This document shows positions 35,905 through 50,200 of a DNA stretch of 64,000 bases, one piece after another. A program made the translations under genes and the position numbers. A model generated the notes under the pieces. That model ran no database searches and was not told the origin of the DNA. It saw only the letters and a list, made by a program, of their open reading frames with translations. The stretch is taken from contig CAJINV010000007.1 in NCBI GenBank assembly GCA_905178155.1, positions 3,614,265 to 3,678,264 on the forward strand, in the 5' to 3' direction. The stretch is from Amoebophrya sp. A120. Lineage: Eukaryota; Protista; Dinoflagellata. Numbering within the stretch: the stretch's first letter is position 1; each line of letters opens with the position of its first letter.

Positions 35905-37389
35905 ATGAACCAAGCTCCGCTCGCCCCTCTTTCTCTGGACGCCATCGCGGCGGCGTCCAGCCAGATTGACTCGGACAAGGACCTGGAAATCGTGGAAGCC
36001 GTGATTCGCAACGACTACTTGGAGGTAAAAACCATCCTCGCCAAGAAATGCGAGGACCGCCTCCGCCTCCCGAACCAGGTGGATTTCCAGGGCACGCCGT
36101 GTCTGATGCTGACGTCCGACGCCGATATCATCAAGCTCCTCCTGGAGGCCGAGGCCAACCCGAACGCCACGGACTTCCACGAGGTCACCCCGTTGCACAA
36201 GCAGGCGCTGCGCCCGGGCGCGAAGAGTTTGGACATCGCGAAGATGCTTCTGAAGTTCAACGCCAACATCCACTCGGTGGACGGGAACAACGACACACCA
36301 CTGATCTTCGCGGTGGAGTCCGGGCAGTTCAAAATGACCAGATTTTTGCTCAACAACGGCGCCAACGTCTTCCACGAAAATGCGCAGAAACAGACCGCAT
36401 TGCACTCCGCCGTCGGGAAGGGTAACAAAACGCTGTGCGGGTTGCTGCTTGCGACGGCGGGAATCAGCGCTGTTTCTAGGACGAGTGCGGAAGGAGGTAA
36501 TATACAGGAAGACAAACATGGAATTGGACAGGAGACCGCGGTGCCTACTGGTAACAAGCCAGAGCCCGACTCCCCGACCGGAATGCTCGACGTTTCTTCA
36601 GACGAAGAAGAGGATCCGCTAGAGAACGAGGGTGGACACGGCTACGTACCGGCGGCTTCCTCCGCTGAAGAAGAAGCGTCATCTTCCCCAACGTCCACGG
36701 AAAACACAACCACGACAAGGAGTACAACGATGAACAAAGTTCCTCCACCCAGGCTGCAAGACGCAGACTCCGCTTCCCAGTGGCGAGAAAAGCTGGGGGA
36801 GCACGCGTTTGCGAAGCAACAGTTTAGCATCGCGAAGCAGTTGTTAGATAGTGAGAAATTCGAGGCACTCTGGAGCGATTTGAAGGAGAACAGACGGAAA
36901 ATTCAGCAAGTAAAAGACGCGGTATTGGAGTGTTGCGAAACGGGCGATCTGAACGAATTGAAATCGTTGGTCTTTGGCGAAACAGGTCAAAAGTCCTCAT
37001 CTTCCTCTTCCGCAGTAGATCCTTTGACAATCCAGCAACTCCTCGGCACGGCAACCGACGATGGGGACGTGCCGTTGGTGTCTGCCATGGAGAACAGCCA
37101 AGACCACATCGTTTTCTTCCTCTTGAACGAACTGCAAGCGGCGGTTCAGAAAACTGGTGACAAGGAATTTCTGCGAACGGCGGTGAATGCAGTGGAAGTC
37201 TCAACCGCAGAGTCCTGTTTGATGAAAGCAGCGAGATATGGAAACGCGGAGGTCCTGAAGAAACTTCTGCTTCTCGGGGCGGATGCCAGTGCAAAAAACG
37301 AGATGAATCAAACGGCTCTGATGTTGGCGCAAACATGGGGACCGTTTGAGGAAATTGAGAAGATGCTAGAGGAGAGGACGCCGCTGTAA
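35905..37389 (+). CDS. Ankyrin-repeat protein
   Basis: Repeats LLLEAEANPNATDFHEVTPLH, LLKFNANIHSVDGNNDTPLIFA, LLNNGANVFHENAQKQTALHSA and LLLLGADASAKNEMNQTALMLA. First ATG at 35905. Confidence 0.88.
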   Translation: MNQAPLAPLSLDAIAAASSQIDSDKDLEIVEAVIRNDYLEVKTILAKKCEDRLRLPNQVDFQGTPCLMLTSDADIIKLLLEAEANPNATDFHEVTPLHKQALRPGAKSLDIAKMLLKFNANIHSVDGNNDTPLIFAVESGQFKMTRFLLNNGANVFHENAQKQTALHSAVGKGNKTLCGLLLATAGISAVSRTSAEGGNIQEDKHGIGQETAVPTGNKPEPDSPTGMLDVSSDEEEDPLENEGGHGYVPAASSAEEEASSSPTSTENTTTTRSTTMNKVPPPRLQDADSASQWREKLGEHAFAKQQFSIAKQLLDSEKFEALWSDLKENRRKIQQVKDAVLECCETGDLNELKSLVFGETGQKSSSSSSAVDPLTIQQLLGTATDDGDVPLVSAMENSQDHIVFFLLNELQAAVQKTGDKEFLRTAVNAVEVSTAESCLMKAARYGNAEVLKKLLLLGADASAKNEMNQTALMLAQTWGPFEEIEKMLEERTPL

Positions 37390-38572
37390 AATACATGCTC
37401 GTGTTGGATATACAAAATATACAGCGAACTGTGGACAAGCAAAGGCACACACAGACAAGAAATATGCTGCTATCGCAGTCGATTGTTTGAAAATCTTTTC
37501 TGGCGCCCCCGCCCTGGCAGTTTTTTTACTGCTCGTGGTTGACCGTCTTACTTTTACAAAGCAATTTTTGCCATGGTCGCAGCAAGCGCTTCCAAGACCC
37601 ACGCTGGACGTGATGTGCCTTGCGTCATGTGAGTGTTCAACAACAAGGACGACAGGAACACGACTAGTTCACATAGATTGCCAGAACTTCTTGCAGCGTG
37701 CCGCCTTCCTGTGGTAGCTTTATCAGAATGGTACAAGATGACAGACCGATATCGTCTACTCCTTCGTGCTGGTGCTCTAGGTTATTTCATGTCCGGTGTG
37801 CTCGAAGGATTTGAGTTTGTGGAAGATCAAGTATAGATAGACTTCAGCCAGTAGTTGCTGATGCTCGGGCAGATAAGATCACGAGGATCTTCTACTTTTG
37901 CAAGTAAAGGATTTCTATTTCCTCGGTCTTTCCGAAATGAAGGACCTGCATGCAGACCAAGCTAAAACAAGACGTAGGAGCTTCAAAATGTAGCATTTAG
38001 ACGTGCTTTCACGTATCGTGATCTAGAAGTGTTCTGAGAAGTCCTCGCGAGCCCATTATGTTGTGAAGTATGAGAAGCGCCTTGCCGTCTTGATAATGAC
38101 GCTGCAATGTCCACCACCGTCCAGCGGCGCCCGGACCCAGCAGACGCAAAAACTATCCACCTTTCCTGTGCACCGCGCCGTCGCAAGAAGGTAGAAAGCT
38201 GCCCAAGCCCTCGTTTGCAGGTACTAGGAAGATATAATCCGGTAATTGACCTCGTCGCTTCTTCCCTCGCTCTAGCTTCTAGTACCGGACCAAAAACGGC
38301 TACAAAATTCCGTCCGTAACGGAGCTTCCGCCGAAGGATCCGACGGCGACCGGATCTTCTATGGAGTGCAAGAGTATCGTGCCTGTTCCAGCAACAAAAT
38401 GTAGTAACACGACAATCTTACAGAAGTTCAATACCGAATTTCTCATGCTGATTTTGGAGAGGGAAAGATATTGTCATGCGATATAGATATTGCAGTTTCG
38501 ACGACGACATTCGCGAACTACACGATACAACTTCATTTACCTTGTATACCTTCGGCGTCGGGTTCGACGAAC

Positions 38573-41500
38573 ATGAGCGGCGGGGATGACACCTACGCGC
38601 CCGGCACGCTCATCTGGATCCGGTCCGATGAGGAGGTGTGGCAGGCGGCGGAGGTCCTCTCCGCCGGCAAGGGCGAGATCGTCGTCAAGCTCGACAGCAG
38701 CAACGAGCAGGTCGTCGTGAACCCCCAGAAGGACCCGATCTACCTGCGATCACGGGATTTGTACACGGCGGAGGGGTTGGTCGCGCTGGATGATCTGACG
38801 CAATTAACGCATCTCCACGAGCCGGCAGTTCTCCACTCGCTTCAAATGCGGTTCGACATCGACAAGATCTACACCTTCACCGGGCCGATCTTGATCGCCG
38901 TGAATCCGTTTAAGACGATAGCCGATTTGTACTCGTTGAAAAGCTTAAAGTCCTACATCCAGAACGCCGCAACATCTGGGCAAGTGCCGGAGAAGGACCA
39001 ACAGCAGAACAAACCGCACGTCTACGCCACGGCGGCGGCCTCGTTCAAGGGGTTGTGTGAGGGAAACAAGTCGCAAACGATCTTGATCTCCGGGGAGTCC
39101 GGGGCGGGGAAGACGGAAACGACAAAGTTCGTTATGAAGTTCCTGGCTTTGGCTGGCGCCGGGGAAAGCGGGGTCAGCGACGTGGAGAGGCAGGTTTTGG
39201 AGTCAAATCCCCTGCTGGAGGCGTTCGGAAATGCGAGGACGTTGAGGTAAAAAGTACAAACCGTAAGGCTTTCCGTTTGATGTGCTGCACGATCTCAGAT
39301 CATGCATAGGGGCTCCGTACACGTTTTACTTGCATTTTTCCTGCACAAAATCCTCAATCTCATACAGAAACGACAACTCTTCTCGTTTTGGGAAATTCAT
39401 CGAGTTGCAGTTCAAGCCCGAGCAGAGCGCCAACAAGAACTACCGACTCTGCGGCGCACGGATCCACACTTATCTTTTGGAGAAGGTCCGCGTTACGGAG
39501 CAGCAGGAAGGCGAAAGAGATTTCCATTTGTTCTACCAGGCCTGCGCCGCCGCCGCCGCGAGTGTGAGCGGCAGTGGCTCACCGGGCGCGGGAGAGTTGG
39601 TTTACAAGGTACAGAACCTGGTGTCCTCGATGAGGGTGTGGCGTTTCTTATGCTCAATAAAACAGCGCATGAAGACGTAGATGAATGTGTTGTTTCGTTT
39701 CTTGCTATACGTAAAAACAAAATTGACAGTTTCCCCAACTCCGAAACGACGCCCGCCCAGCAACGCTGGACTTAACCGGTTTCGCCGAGTTTTCCCACTT
39801 TCGCTACCTGACAAGGTCGAGCTGCTGGCAGTTGAAGGATGTGTCGGACGTACTGCAATTCGAGCACACAATAAACGCCATGCTAACAATAGGGATAACA
39901 GAAGCACAGGTATTAGTTCTTCTCCTTGTCATCTTGATCTTCTGAGGCGTGGTCAGGACGAAGTGTGCAATTTGTATTGCGAAAACGGAATTTTTTAAGT
40001 GAGAATCTGTAAAGTAGATTGCCATGCAAAATATCCAAAAGGATTCGTCCAGGTCAACGCCATTTTCGGGTGCGTCTGTGCCGTTCTGCACCTCGGTTCC
40101 TGTACTTTCGAACAAGACCCAAAAGACAGCGACGCATCGGTCTTGGCGGAGAAGACCAAGGACCGCATGGCCCACGCTGCGAGGTGTCTCGGCGTCTCTC
40201 CCGAGAAGTTCGCGCACGCCTGCAGTCACAAAACGATCAAAACCGCCACGGAGGGATCGGTCATTGCCGATCTGAACAAAAATCAAGCAGAAGCCTGTCG
40301 CGATTCCGCCGCGCGGTACCTCTACGGCCGGGTTTTCTTAGACGTGGTCCAGAGAACGAACGAATCCATTGGGTACCGAACGGACGTCGAGCTGTTTTGC
40401 GGCGTGTTGGACATTTTCGGCTTCGAGTGCTTCAAGGTGAACAGCTTCGAACAGATCTGCATCAACTACACAAATGAAAGACTGCAGCAGTTTTTCAACG
40501 AGTTTGTTTTCAAACTGGAAGAGTCTCTGTACAACCGGGAAGGGATTCCGTGGGACCCATTAGATTTCCCCGATAATCAAGACTCGGTCGATTTGTTGGA
40601 AATCAAACCCTCCGGGATTTTTGCGATGTTGGATGAGGAGTGCATGGTGCCGAACGGCTCCGACCAGGGGTTCGTGAACAAACTGGTCAAGCAGCACAGC
40701 GCCCACAGGAGATTCGACGTGATCAAAACGCGGCCAAACTGGTTCGTCGTCAAGCACTTCGCCGGGCCGGTCGGATACGAGTCGGCGAATTTCTTGGATA
40801 AGAACAAAGATCAGCTCTCGATGGATGTGGTGGATTTGATGAAAAGCAGCGAAAACGAGTACGTGCGGAATTTGTTTTTGACCGACAAGAAATTCCAGGA
40901 GCAGCACAACGCGGGCGAAAGGAGAATGAGCAAGAAGCGGATTGTGACGATATCGAGTGAGTTCCGGGACCAGTTGCAACATTTGATGACAACGGTGAAG
41001 TCAACCGAACCACACTTCATCCGGTGTATCAAGCCGAATCCGGACAATCTGTGTGACGTGTACGATAGGCCAGGCGTCACGGAGCAGCTGCGGTAAGATC
41101 GTGCGGCCTTTGCTTTAGATGCAAGAGTATCCAAACAGATGATTGATACTCGATGATCAAATTGCTTGTTCTGATGTTCATGGTTTTATGCCACTACTAT
41201 CAGGTACGGTGGTGTCTTGCAAGTGGTCCAGGTTTCCCGCGCGGGATACCCGGTTCGCGTCAAGCCAGAGGACGCTTGGCTCGACTACCGAATTCTCCTT
41301 CCCACCCATCTCCGAAAGGATTACGAGGAGATGGCCGACCTTTCCGCTTCCGACAGGGTGAAGAAGATGCTCACCTACCTCGTGCGAGAACTGAACATCG
41401 TCATCGCTAACTCGGTCGGTCCGGTGTGGGCGGTCGGCAAAACTTTGGTGTTTTTCAAGCAGCACACGTACGAGCGAATTTCGCAGCGGAGGCTGATCAT

Positions 41501-44500
41501 CCGCGGGGCGGCGGCGGTCAAAATCCAGGCAAAATACAAGGCGGTGAAGGCCGCCCGGGAATTCGAGTTGTTGCAGTACTGCTGCAGCCATTTGCAGGCG
41601 TTGCTCCGGGCGAAGGAAGCAAGGGATTTGCTGGACGCGAAGCGACAGGAATTCGCAGTGGTGCAGATACAGAAGGTCGCAAGAGTGCAGTTGGCGAAGA
41701 AAGAGTACTATTGCTGCATGTGTTGTCGTGCATCGTCTTTGAAAGACTCTGATGTGATTTTGGATTTGTAATTTGGTAGATTATCGTGCCTGTGCTGCGC
41801 CTTGGTTCAGCTGACGCACCATGACACCAATAGCAACCTGAGCGATCAAGATCGTCCCCATCAACTACAACACCTGTACTAGGTACCGCAAAATCCGCAA
41901 GGCGATCATTCTGATGCAGGCCGCGTGGCGGGGGAAGAAGGGACGCTCTTTCGCCAAGGAATTCAAAAAGTTCAAAGCGATCACGAAAATCCAGGCCACC
42001 TACCGGTCCGTGCTCGAACGCCGGATTTTTGTCGCTATGCGGCTGGGTATCAACCAGCTGCAGACCAGGTGGCGCATGAAGCAGGCCAAGGTGCAACTGA
42101 AGAAATTGAAACAGGAGGCGAAGGAGGTGGGCAACCTGCTCGCGAAGCACCAGAAACAGCAGGAATTAGTCAAGGAACAGTCGCGGAAACTGCAAGAAAC
42201 GGAATCTCTCGGATTGCAGTTGAAGGCGGAGAACAAAGATCTCTCCAACCACGTCAGCAAACTGGAGCAGGAGCTGAAGAAGCAGGAGGAAAAAATGCAA
42301 GAATTGCAGCAGGATGAGGAGGTCCGCAGGAAAAAGGAGGAGGAGGAGGGGTCACTGGCGAAGATAAAAACGGAGGAATTGGAAAAGTTGGAATCCGAGT
42401 CGGATTCGCTGAAACAAGAGAATTCAAAATTGAAGGAGGAAATCGCGACTCTGAAGCAAGAAGTGGAGAAGTTGCGGGAACAGGTGGAGCAATCAAACAC
42501 GAGGTATACGCAGCTGCTGAAGAACACGGCGATGCAGTCCATGGGCCAGGGCGTGGCGGAAGCAGGGGGGCCGAGAGGGAACCGGGGCCACAAATCGGTG
42601 GATATTCAATTAGTGGGGATGCAGGGTGTGGGGAAGACGTGTCTGTTGGAGAGGCTGATCCAGGAGTCCGACCCGGCACAAATACCGAAATTCCAGCAAG
42701 ACAGAGCAAACTTCATGGGAAGATATCAGGTAAAAACATTTTTCCAGCTTTATGTTACCACCGCTACAATTTGGTTGGTTTTTGTCATGAATCAAAAGTG
42801 ACGTGAGTGCAAAGAGCTCGTTTGATCTGCAGGCGTCTTTTTGTGATGCGCTTGCGCGTCCAACATGTCCGCATTAGTACCATCACAACATTTCCAGGTT
42901 CGTGTCGGTGGCGAGGAGAGTCGCGCCTTGAACATTTTGGATTGCAGTGGCAACCCGCGCGCCGCCCAGCACATCAAGGAATACTTCGCCCGGTCCCTCT
43001 GGGTCATCGTCATCTACGATCTTTGTTCCACGGAATCCTTCAACCTGGCGAAGGACCTCATGCGCGCCGCGACGCAACAAGGCGCCGGCTGCGTGTTTTT
43101 CGGCAACAAGTGGCGTTTGGAAAACGAAAAGACCGCGGATAACAAACCACTGCAATCGTATCAGAGGAAAAAGTGTTAACGTTAACGGAATTTGTGATGC
43201 AGTCATGCATCACAAAACGGGCCCAAGTTTGTCATGCATAGCATGCATACTAGCCAAAATTTGTCACGCATATATGCAATATATGAAAAACGTTAACGTT
43301 AACACTTTTTTGGTTGATAAATCGGTCGTCGATGTGATGGTCGCGAAAGACGCGGCCGCCAGCTGCGGGGCTTTGGCGGTAGAGTCGAGCGACATCAGGG
43401 AAGCAGTGCGGATGATTCTCCGGGACATCGAATCCGAGCACCAAGCGAACACAGCGGGGGAAAAGCGCGGCGCAAACGCCATGAGCCAAGTGTTCGACCG
43501 AGTCTCGAACATGTTCGGTGCCGGGCCGAAACGGGGAAGCATGCAGGACAATGCGCAACTGAAATTGTCGCAGGTTTCAAAATCTATACGTGACTTACCC
43601 TGTTTGTGTTTTCAGAATGATGATACATTTTCACGAGCAGAGGAGCACAGCGTTTTCTTATGCGGGGCAATGCTATCAAAAGAGAAAGCTTTTTCAAAAA
43701 TTTGCTCAGATCGGCGTGCTGAAACCGTCCCTGAAGGGCACAAAACTGATGAAGCAAAACCGAAGAGAGGGCGACGTGGCAACGGAATTGAGACCAGTGC
43801 AAGAGCTGCAGGACTCAGAATCAGCGGTAAGGTTGTTGTCATGTCATTTCAGTATCGTACCATGGGACTGTGATGAAACAGTACTCATCTTCAGAGCAAA
43901 CGTTCTTGACGTTGTCCGCCGCATTGCAACACGAGAATAGCGAAACTAAAAACATCAAAAGAAAACTGAAACTCTCTCAGGTCACCTGCATCGTGTTCGG
44001 CCAGGAGCGATTACACCGGTCCTACATCCTGCTTGCCGCCGCGTCAAAGGATGGTACGGTTGTCATTTACCGATGCTACCGCACGGAAATGGAGCTGTCA
44101 ATCCTAGACATGGCCGAGTTCCCAGCAGGGCAGGAAGACGAACGACACGAGGGTGCGGACCATTCCAATATCGCGGTACACAGCAGACTCGTGGGGCACA
44201 GCAGGGCGATTACATCGGTACAAAACTGCTGCTCCAACTACACCTGTGACCGAGCTGTGTGTGCCGCCGGTGTCTCAGCCTCATTGTGGTGCGTTGTTCT
44301 CATGCACCGGAGATGGAACTGCAAGTGGGGTAGTTCCAAAGACTTTCCAAAACTATTCACATCTAAATTTTGAAATTCAATTCACTCTTCACAGATTTTC
44401 TTCAACCTCTTGGAGGACCAATTGGTCACCACGTCCATCGACAAGTCCGTCCGATTTTGGTCGGTGGAAACCGGTGAGATGTTGAAAGTCTTCACAGACT

Positions 44501-45544
44501 CGTCTCCCGTCCCCGTCGCAACATTTCTTCCCTTCAACCCCCAAGTCTTCGTCGCAGCCAACAGCAACGCCGTCTTGCGGCTGGTGAACGTGCAAAACGG
44601 AATGGTCATGCAAAAGCTCAAAGTGGAAACGGAAGTGCGAGCGCTCAAATTCGACGACAGCGGGCTGTTTTTGATTGCGTATCCTATTGTTACATGTTTT
44701 AGTTTTACTTTGCCCGTGCGTAAAATCCGTAACCGTATATGCATTTCTTTCCCAAATGCAAGGAAGTGAAGTTACTTACGTGCCATCTCTTATGCTGAAA
44801 GATGCCGAGAGAATGAAAAGCCATTGAGTTTGAGTTGACTTCGAAAATAAACAGCGGCACCAAAAACGGATCGATCCACGTGCTAGAAGCCTCGGATTCC
44901 TCAACCCTCAAATTCCGGTTCAAAGTCCAGCTCGCTCGTGGTGGTGTGACCTGCATCACCTTCGTGCCGGCCGCTCACGGCAACCCGCCCTGCCTCCTCG
45001 TGAACACGTCCGATAGTTCCGTTACCATCATAGACTGCACCTACGGACCTCCCGCCGGCGTGCTCACGAACCTAACCGTGAGGCATCGGGTGAAAGTGGC
45101 ACACTCGCTACTGCCCTTGAAGTGCTGCTACAGCCCGAGCGGGACAGGGTACTTTAGAGACTTTCTTCTTTCTTGCACCCGGTTCAATAGGAGTGTTTGT
45201 TTCTTTATCAGCTTTGTCCATCCAGCGTTCTTCCATGCGGCGGGCTCCTTCCCTGTTCGAAGTCGGGCTGTAAGGAGAAAAACCAAACAAAAAATCTAAA
45301 AACCAGTTACCTCGTGTCCGGAAGCGAAGACAAGGAGGTCTATATCTACTCGCTCGGCCGCGGCAACAACTACAAGATGCAGTACTTGAAGCACCACTTA
45401 GTTCCCGTCGTCGCTGTCGCAACCAACTACCAGGACACCCTCCTCGCGTCTGCGGACTCGCTCGGCCGCATCGTGCTCTGGCGCCGGATGGACTTTAGCC
45501 ACCTGGGGGGCGGTGCCGCCGGGGCTGGGGGACAGGCGATGTAG
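38573..45544 (+). CDS. Myosin (alveolate MyoF-like): motor, IQ, coiled coil, small-GTPase-like domain, WD40 tail; multi-exon
   Basis: Motor motifs: [67 protein letters not shown] motifs: [29 protein letters not shown]. Coiled coil at ~42080-42520. WD40: GHSRAITS...[35 protein letters not shown]. Mostly GT-AG introns (e.g. 39247-39367), plus an exon at 39731-39909 that is not in the ORF track. Confidence 0.9.
43159..43319. mobile_element. Introner-like non-canonical intron (5-bp DR AATCG)
   Basis: TATCAGAGGAAAAAGTGTTAACGTTAACG...CGTTAACGTTAACACTTTTTTGGTTGATA. AATCG at 43154-43158 and 43320-43324. Removal joins PLQS-VVDVMV in frame. Confidence 0.88.
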
Positions 45545-47213
45545 TACGCTGCTACGCTGAGACAATCCTACTCCTAGATGTGGAAGCAGCTGCGACGGGT
45601 AGCAGAATTACAGTAGTGCGACCACAGTTCGCCGATCGTGCTGTGCGAGCTACTCGTACGGGTTTGAAAACAGAGGAAACGTTGACGTCAGACATTCATT
45701 GCCTATCCTCACGAGATTTTTTTAAACAAAAACTAATTCGAAAATTTCAAAGACAATTTGCATCAACGTCCAGAAGGTATACTATATCATCTTTTTTGTT
45801 GTTCGCAGCAGGGGAAGTACTCAAGTTGTGGATATGGCCGGCATTTCCCTGCTGTGGCCGTAGAGAGGTATAGTTTCTGCTTCGTTCGCTTTACGATTAC
45901 GTTTATTTTCACTTTCAAATTCATACTCAATTGCAGTGCCACACGGATGAAACCGGCTATTAGATTGGTTTTACTAGTAGCCTCAGTCGATTCACCGTTG
46001 TAGCGGTCGGGTTTCTTGGTGGTCGGCGCTACAACAGGAACGATGTGCTTCGTATCCCGGCATACGGCTGCGTCAAAATCAATGATGGCATTCTCTGCAG
46101 CATCATGGACGCACTACTTTTGCGCTTTTATAGTTGGAAATTCTGTATCTGTATCATGTACTAAAGACGAGACATTTTTACACATGTACAAAAAGAACAG
46201 GCTTGGTGAATCAAAGTCATTCACGCGCACCGCACCGTTGACTGTAGCCGTCTTTCGTTCATTTTGCAGGCTTGGCTGGTAGGTTCGGGTTGCTGAAGGT
46301 CCTCCTTCTTACTTTCAGAAACTACTATTCCGAGTCGGGTCACCAACATGTTTTAAAACCGTATCACTGCTACACGTCAACGAAGGTTATTCCGACTCAC
46401 CCAGAAATTAATTGAATGTGCTTTTCGACATTGCTGACTTCTTTAGTTTCAAGCCGAATGAACGCGAATACGTCCGTGGTAAGTAGCATTAGCAACAACG
46501 CGTCTCCGCCAATTCAGTCACTTTGCTCAACCCCAGCTACCTGCGCCGGTTCAGGATGCAGGTGGCGAAGATGAGATCTTGCACAAAGCTCGTACGTTGG
46601 CAAGGGAGTAGCTCGGGACATCATTAATGAAAAATGTGTTCCCATTCACTACGTTCAGCATTTCTCATTCCCATTGTACTAGCAGCAACAAAAGACGGTG
46701 TTGAATGAAAAGAAAATCTGGAATTATTCACAGCCTTATTTACCAACACGCGATAACTGTTTCATTTTCTCTTGTTTCCAACTAGCACATGTAGTTTATG
46801 CACGGCGCAAGAGGGCAGGGTCGAGTTGCAACTTCCATTTACATTTTGACAATTTTGCACGAAATTAATCATGCTGCGCCTGCGTATTGGCAAATCAAAA
46901 TCTGAAACGCGGACAAGCACAAGATAGTACTGCTTACTCTGCGCCTCTTGTCATCTTCATCTACTGCTCTCTCGAAAAACCTAAACCATTTTTCTTTGTC
47001 CATCTTCGCGTCGGTCGTTTGGTTTGCACGATTTTTTCTTGCGACTACAACTTTTTCTTTCCCGGCGTCGTTGTGTACTTGGAGGCTCTCTACTTCGTTG
47101 TAGTTCTGTCAGAGAACAAGGTCGTGTTTCTGGTGCACCGCAATTAACGATTTAACTACAACGACCGATCGCGGCGACGTTAGCAACGAAGACCGACGGG
47201 GCTTAACACCAAC

Positions 47214-50200
47214 ATGCCTTCTTCCACGGGACCGCCAGGAGCGCCAACGACGCTGCTGCAGACCGGGGGCGGGAGTGGCTCCGGGAGCGGGGCGAGTAGA
47301 AGTGGTCTACATCACGACTATGATCCAATGCACCTGCAGATGATATCGATAGATCGACGCGAGTGTTTGGAGTTGGACCTAGAACGACTCCGGGAAGTAT
47401 GAAAAGAACTGCAGTAGGGTTTTCTTTTGTAGAAAGCGGTCGAGTCAATTTTGTCATGCGTGGTGGTACTGGTGTGGTATGGTAACTGTAAGCCAAGGCC
47501 AAGGAGAGCGACAGGGACAGTAAAGAGTAGTAGAACTCGCATGACAATTCATGACAATCTCCTTCCAGTTCCATGATCATTGATGCAAGAAAATTCTGAA
47601 GCTTTTCTTTCCACGAAGGCAAGCTGATCGCATCCACCAAGCTGTCTTGAGGCGTGCTTGTAAGTTTCTGATCCCATGTTAAAATCCTTTACTTTGTTTT
47701 GCCACGAATTTTGCGGATCCTGCAATAAAAATGTCTTTTGTGATGCGAGTAACTGCATGATAACCTACTTCTCAGGTGCTCCGTCGAATGCCACCAACTC
47801 GACCAGTTCGAACACGCCGAACAGCACTTCGAACTCAAAACTTATCCAACAGGGTACACGTGTTGGTGCTTCCCCGCTCTTCCAGGTGGAGTTTGTCATG
47901 CTTGTTGCAACATTGTACTCCACCACATCTTCAAGGGTCCTGCGTAGTTGCAGCGGAGATTTGAAAGGTTGCTGAAGATCGTCGACGGTTGTGGCTCCTG
48001 TACGAGTGTAATGATGCTTTCCTTGCATGAGCGGGGTAAGAAACCCAAACGAGAACTTCGCGGTTGAGTTCTCATCCGGCCGGCCGGCCGGATGAGAACT
48101 CAACCACATCTGTGGCGGATTGAAATCTGCCGGCCGGTCGTCCGGGTCCTCTTCTTCCCTCCTGGTCGACGGCCTCACTCTTCTTCTTGTCACCCCACAG
48201 CTGCGCTGTTTCACTACGCAGAAAGCCCGAGCTTTGTCATGCAAAAACTGCGGCAAGTGCCTAAACCCAAGAAGCAGAAGCTGCGTTGTTTGCTACTTCT
48301 CCTGCGAGTCGCCGGAAAAGCAAAAGGCGAACAGCCTGGGGACCCAGAGGATGGGGGCACAGCCCAAAGCGGGCGCGCAGCGCTGAGTGACTGACCATGC
48401 CGGCTGCGGCCGGGCGCCGACGAACCCCACAAGGAAGCAACGCAACAGCGTACAACTTGCGCGCGCGGGCGGTCCTGATGTGCCGCCTTCGTGTGTAGGA
48501 AAAGATAAAGACTGCTAGGGCGCCAGTAGCCCGCCGGAGGTACACAGTCACAGGGGGGCGGCCCAGGCCATTTGCATTGTCCCTGCTACCGGTTGGGGGT
48601 AGCTTTGGAGCCCGACGCGCCGCAGGATTCGGGCGCCGGCAGAAAGGGCAGCGCGCGCGGCGCGTCGGAGATTGGTTGCCCGGCGCGCCGAGCGAGGCCC
48701 CGCCTCCCATCGCGCAAGTCGGTGGACGCGCGAAGCGCGTCCGACCCGGGTCCGGCGCATCTACCAACTGCTGCGCCGAAGGAAGCATTAGCCAGCGGAG
48801 AGGCGCGCGGACGCGCTTTCTGGGCCGGCGATTGCAGCGCACAACTACAACGGGCGCGCATTGCGCGCCCCGCGAAATGTTGCCTATTGCGTGTGCGAGC
48901 CCCGCGAATGTTTTTGCATTCAATTCTTTCGAATTCCACCCAGAAGCCAAAAGGCATAGCGCAGTCCAAGTATGAAAGCGCGTCCGCGGCGGGCGCGCAC
49001 AATGTGCCACCTTTAAAATTTTTCAACTTCTGCCCCGCTGCATAGCGTACCTTCCCTGTATTCGCAGCGGGCGCGCGCAGCGTGCCCAAAGAATTTTTGT
49101 GTTGCACACGGCCCCCGGCGAAAGGGGAGTGAGGAGGGCGTCGGTCTCCAGCAGGCCGCTCCCCCCCCCCCCTTCGCCCGAGCGAAAGGCGGGCCAATTT
49201 TTGCCAGAAGATGACCAGGACGACCGGCCGGTCGATTTCCGCCGCCGATGTGGTTGAGTTCTCATCCGGCCGGCCGGCCGGATGAGAACTCAACCGCGAA
49301 GTTCTCGTTTGGGTTTGTTACCCCGCTCCATGAAAAACTGGATTTTTGACATTGGGAATGCACCATCAAAATCCCCCATGCATACCTTAGCAGTTAAACA
49401 CCGTTCTGATACATTACGAACGCGTCCGAGCCAGTTTGGAAGAGGAAATCGCAAACCTGGAGCGGCAGCTGGAACAGGAATATGCACAGGGTGGATCATC
49501 CGGTCAACATAGCCAATATGCGGCTTATAGTCAGCAACATCATCACGGAAGCAAGGATCTGTACCCGAACACTAATGCTACAGCTCACCAACAGAAATTT
49601 CCAACAGGCTCATCGTCCAAGACCAACTCTTCTACGACTGCGCCGCCCACTTCGCAGAATCCAGTTCACCACAGCCACGATGTTGTGATGGAACAAGCTG
49701 CGCATCAACCGGTCAGCACGTCGAGCAACTACTTGGCCCAGCCTTCCACTCTGCTCACGTCGATGGCAACCGGGAGTGGTGCAGCGACGGTGGGTAAGTC
49801 TTCGTCTTCTGGAGGTACTTCCTCTAGTAGTCTTGGCAACGTGGCGGGTGCATCATCGACGACAGGTGCCGGGGGGAGCAAGTTTTCCATGCATGGGACG
49901 TCAAGTAATTCATCTTCTTCAACGCTTGGAAGCCGCCGGATTGGAGCTGGAAACAGTGGCCACGGCTCCTACGCGAACTCGCATCTTTTACAGCCGTCGT
50001 CGACCTCGTTACATCACACCAGTTCCCATAGCTCCAATAATTCCGGGACGGCATCGAGGGTATTCATAATTAATAAGACGCTAATAAACTAACATGTTGC
50101 AGTTGGTTGATCAGAAGATATTTGTCTTTCCGTTTATTAGCAATCTTCGTCTTTTTTCAGGCTGTGCAAAGGAGCGCCTATCGATAACGATATGAAGCTG

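Noticed and set aside
1059-42709. Long minus-strand ORFs (e.g. 1059-1724, 32757-33428, 35827-36519, 42000-42593)
   Set aside because: Antisense shadows of motif-bearing + strand exons, with no independent domain signal.
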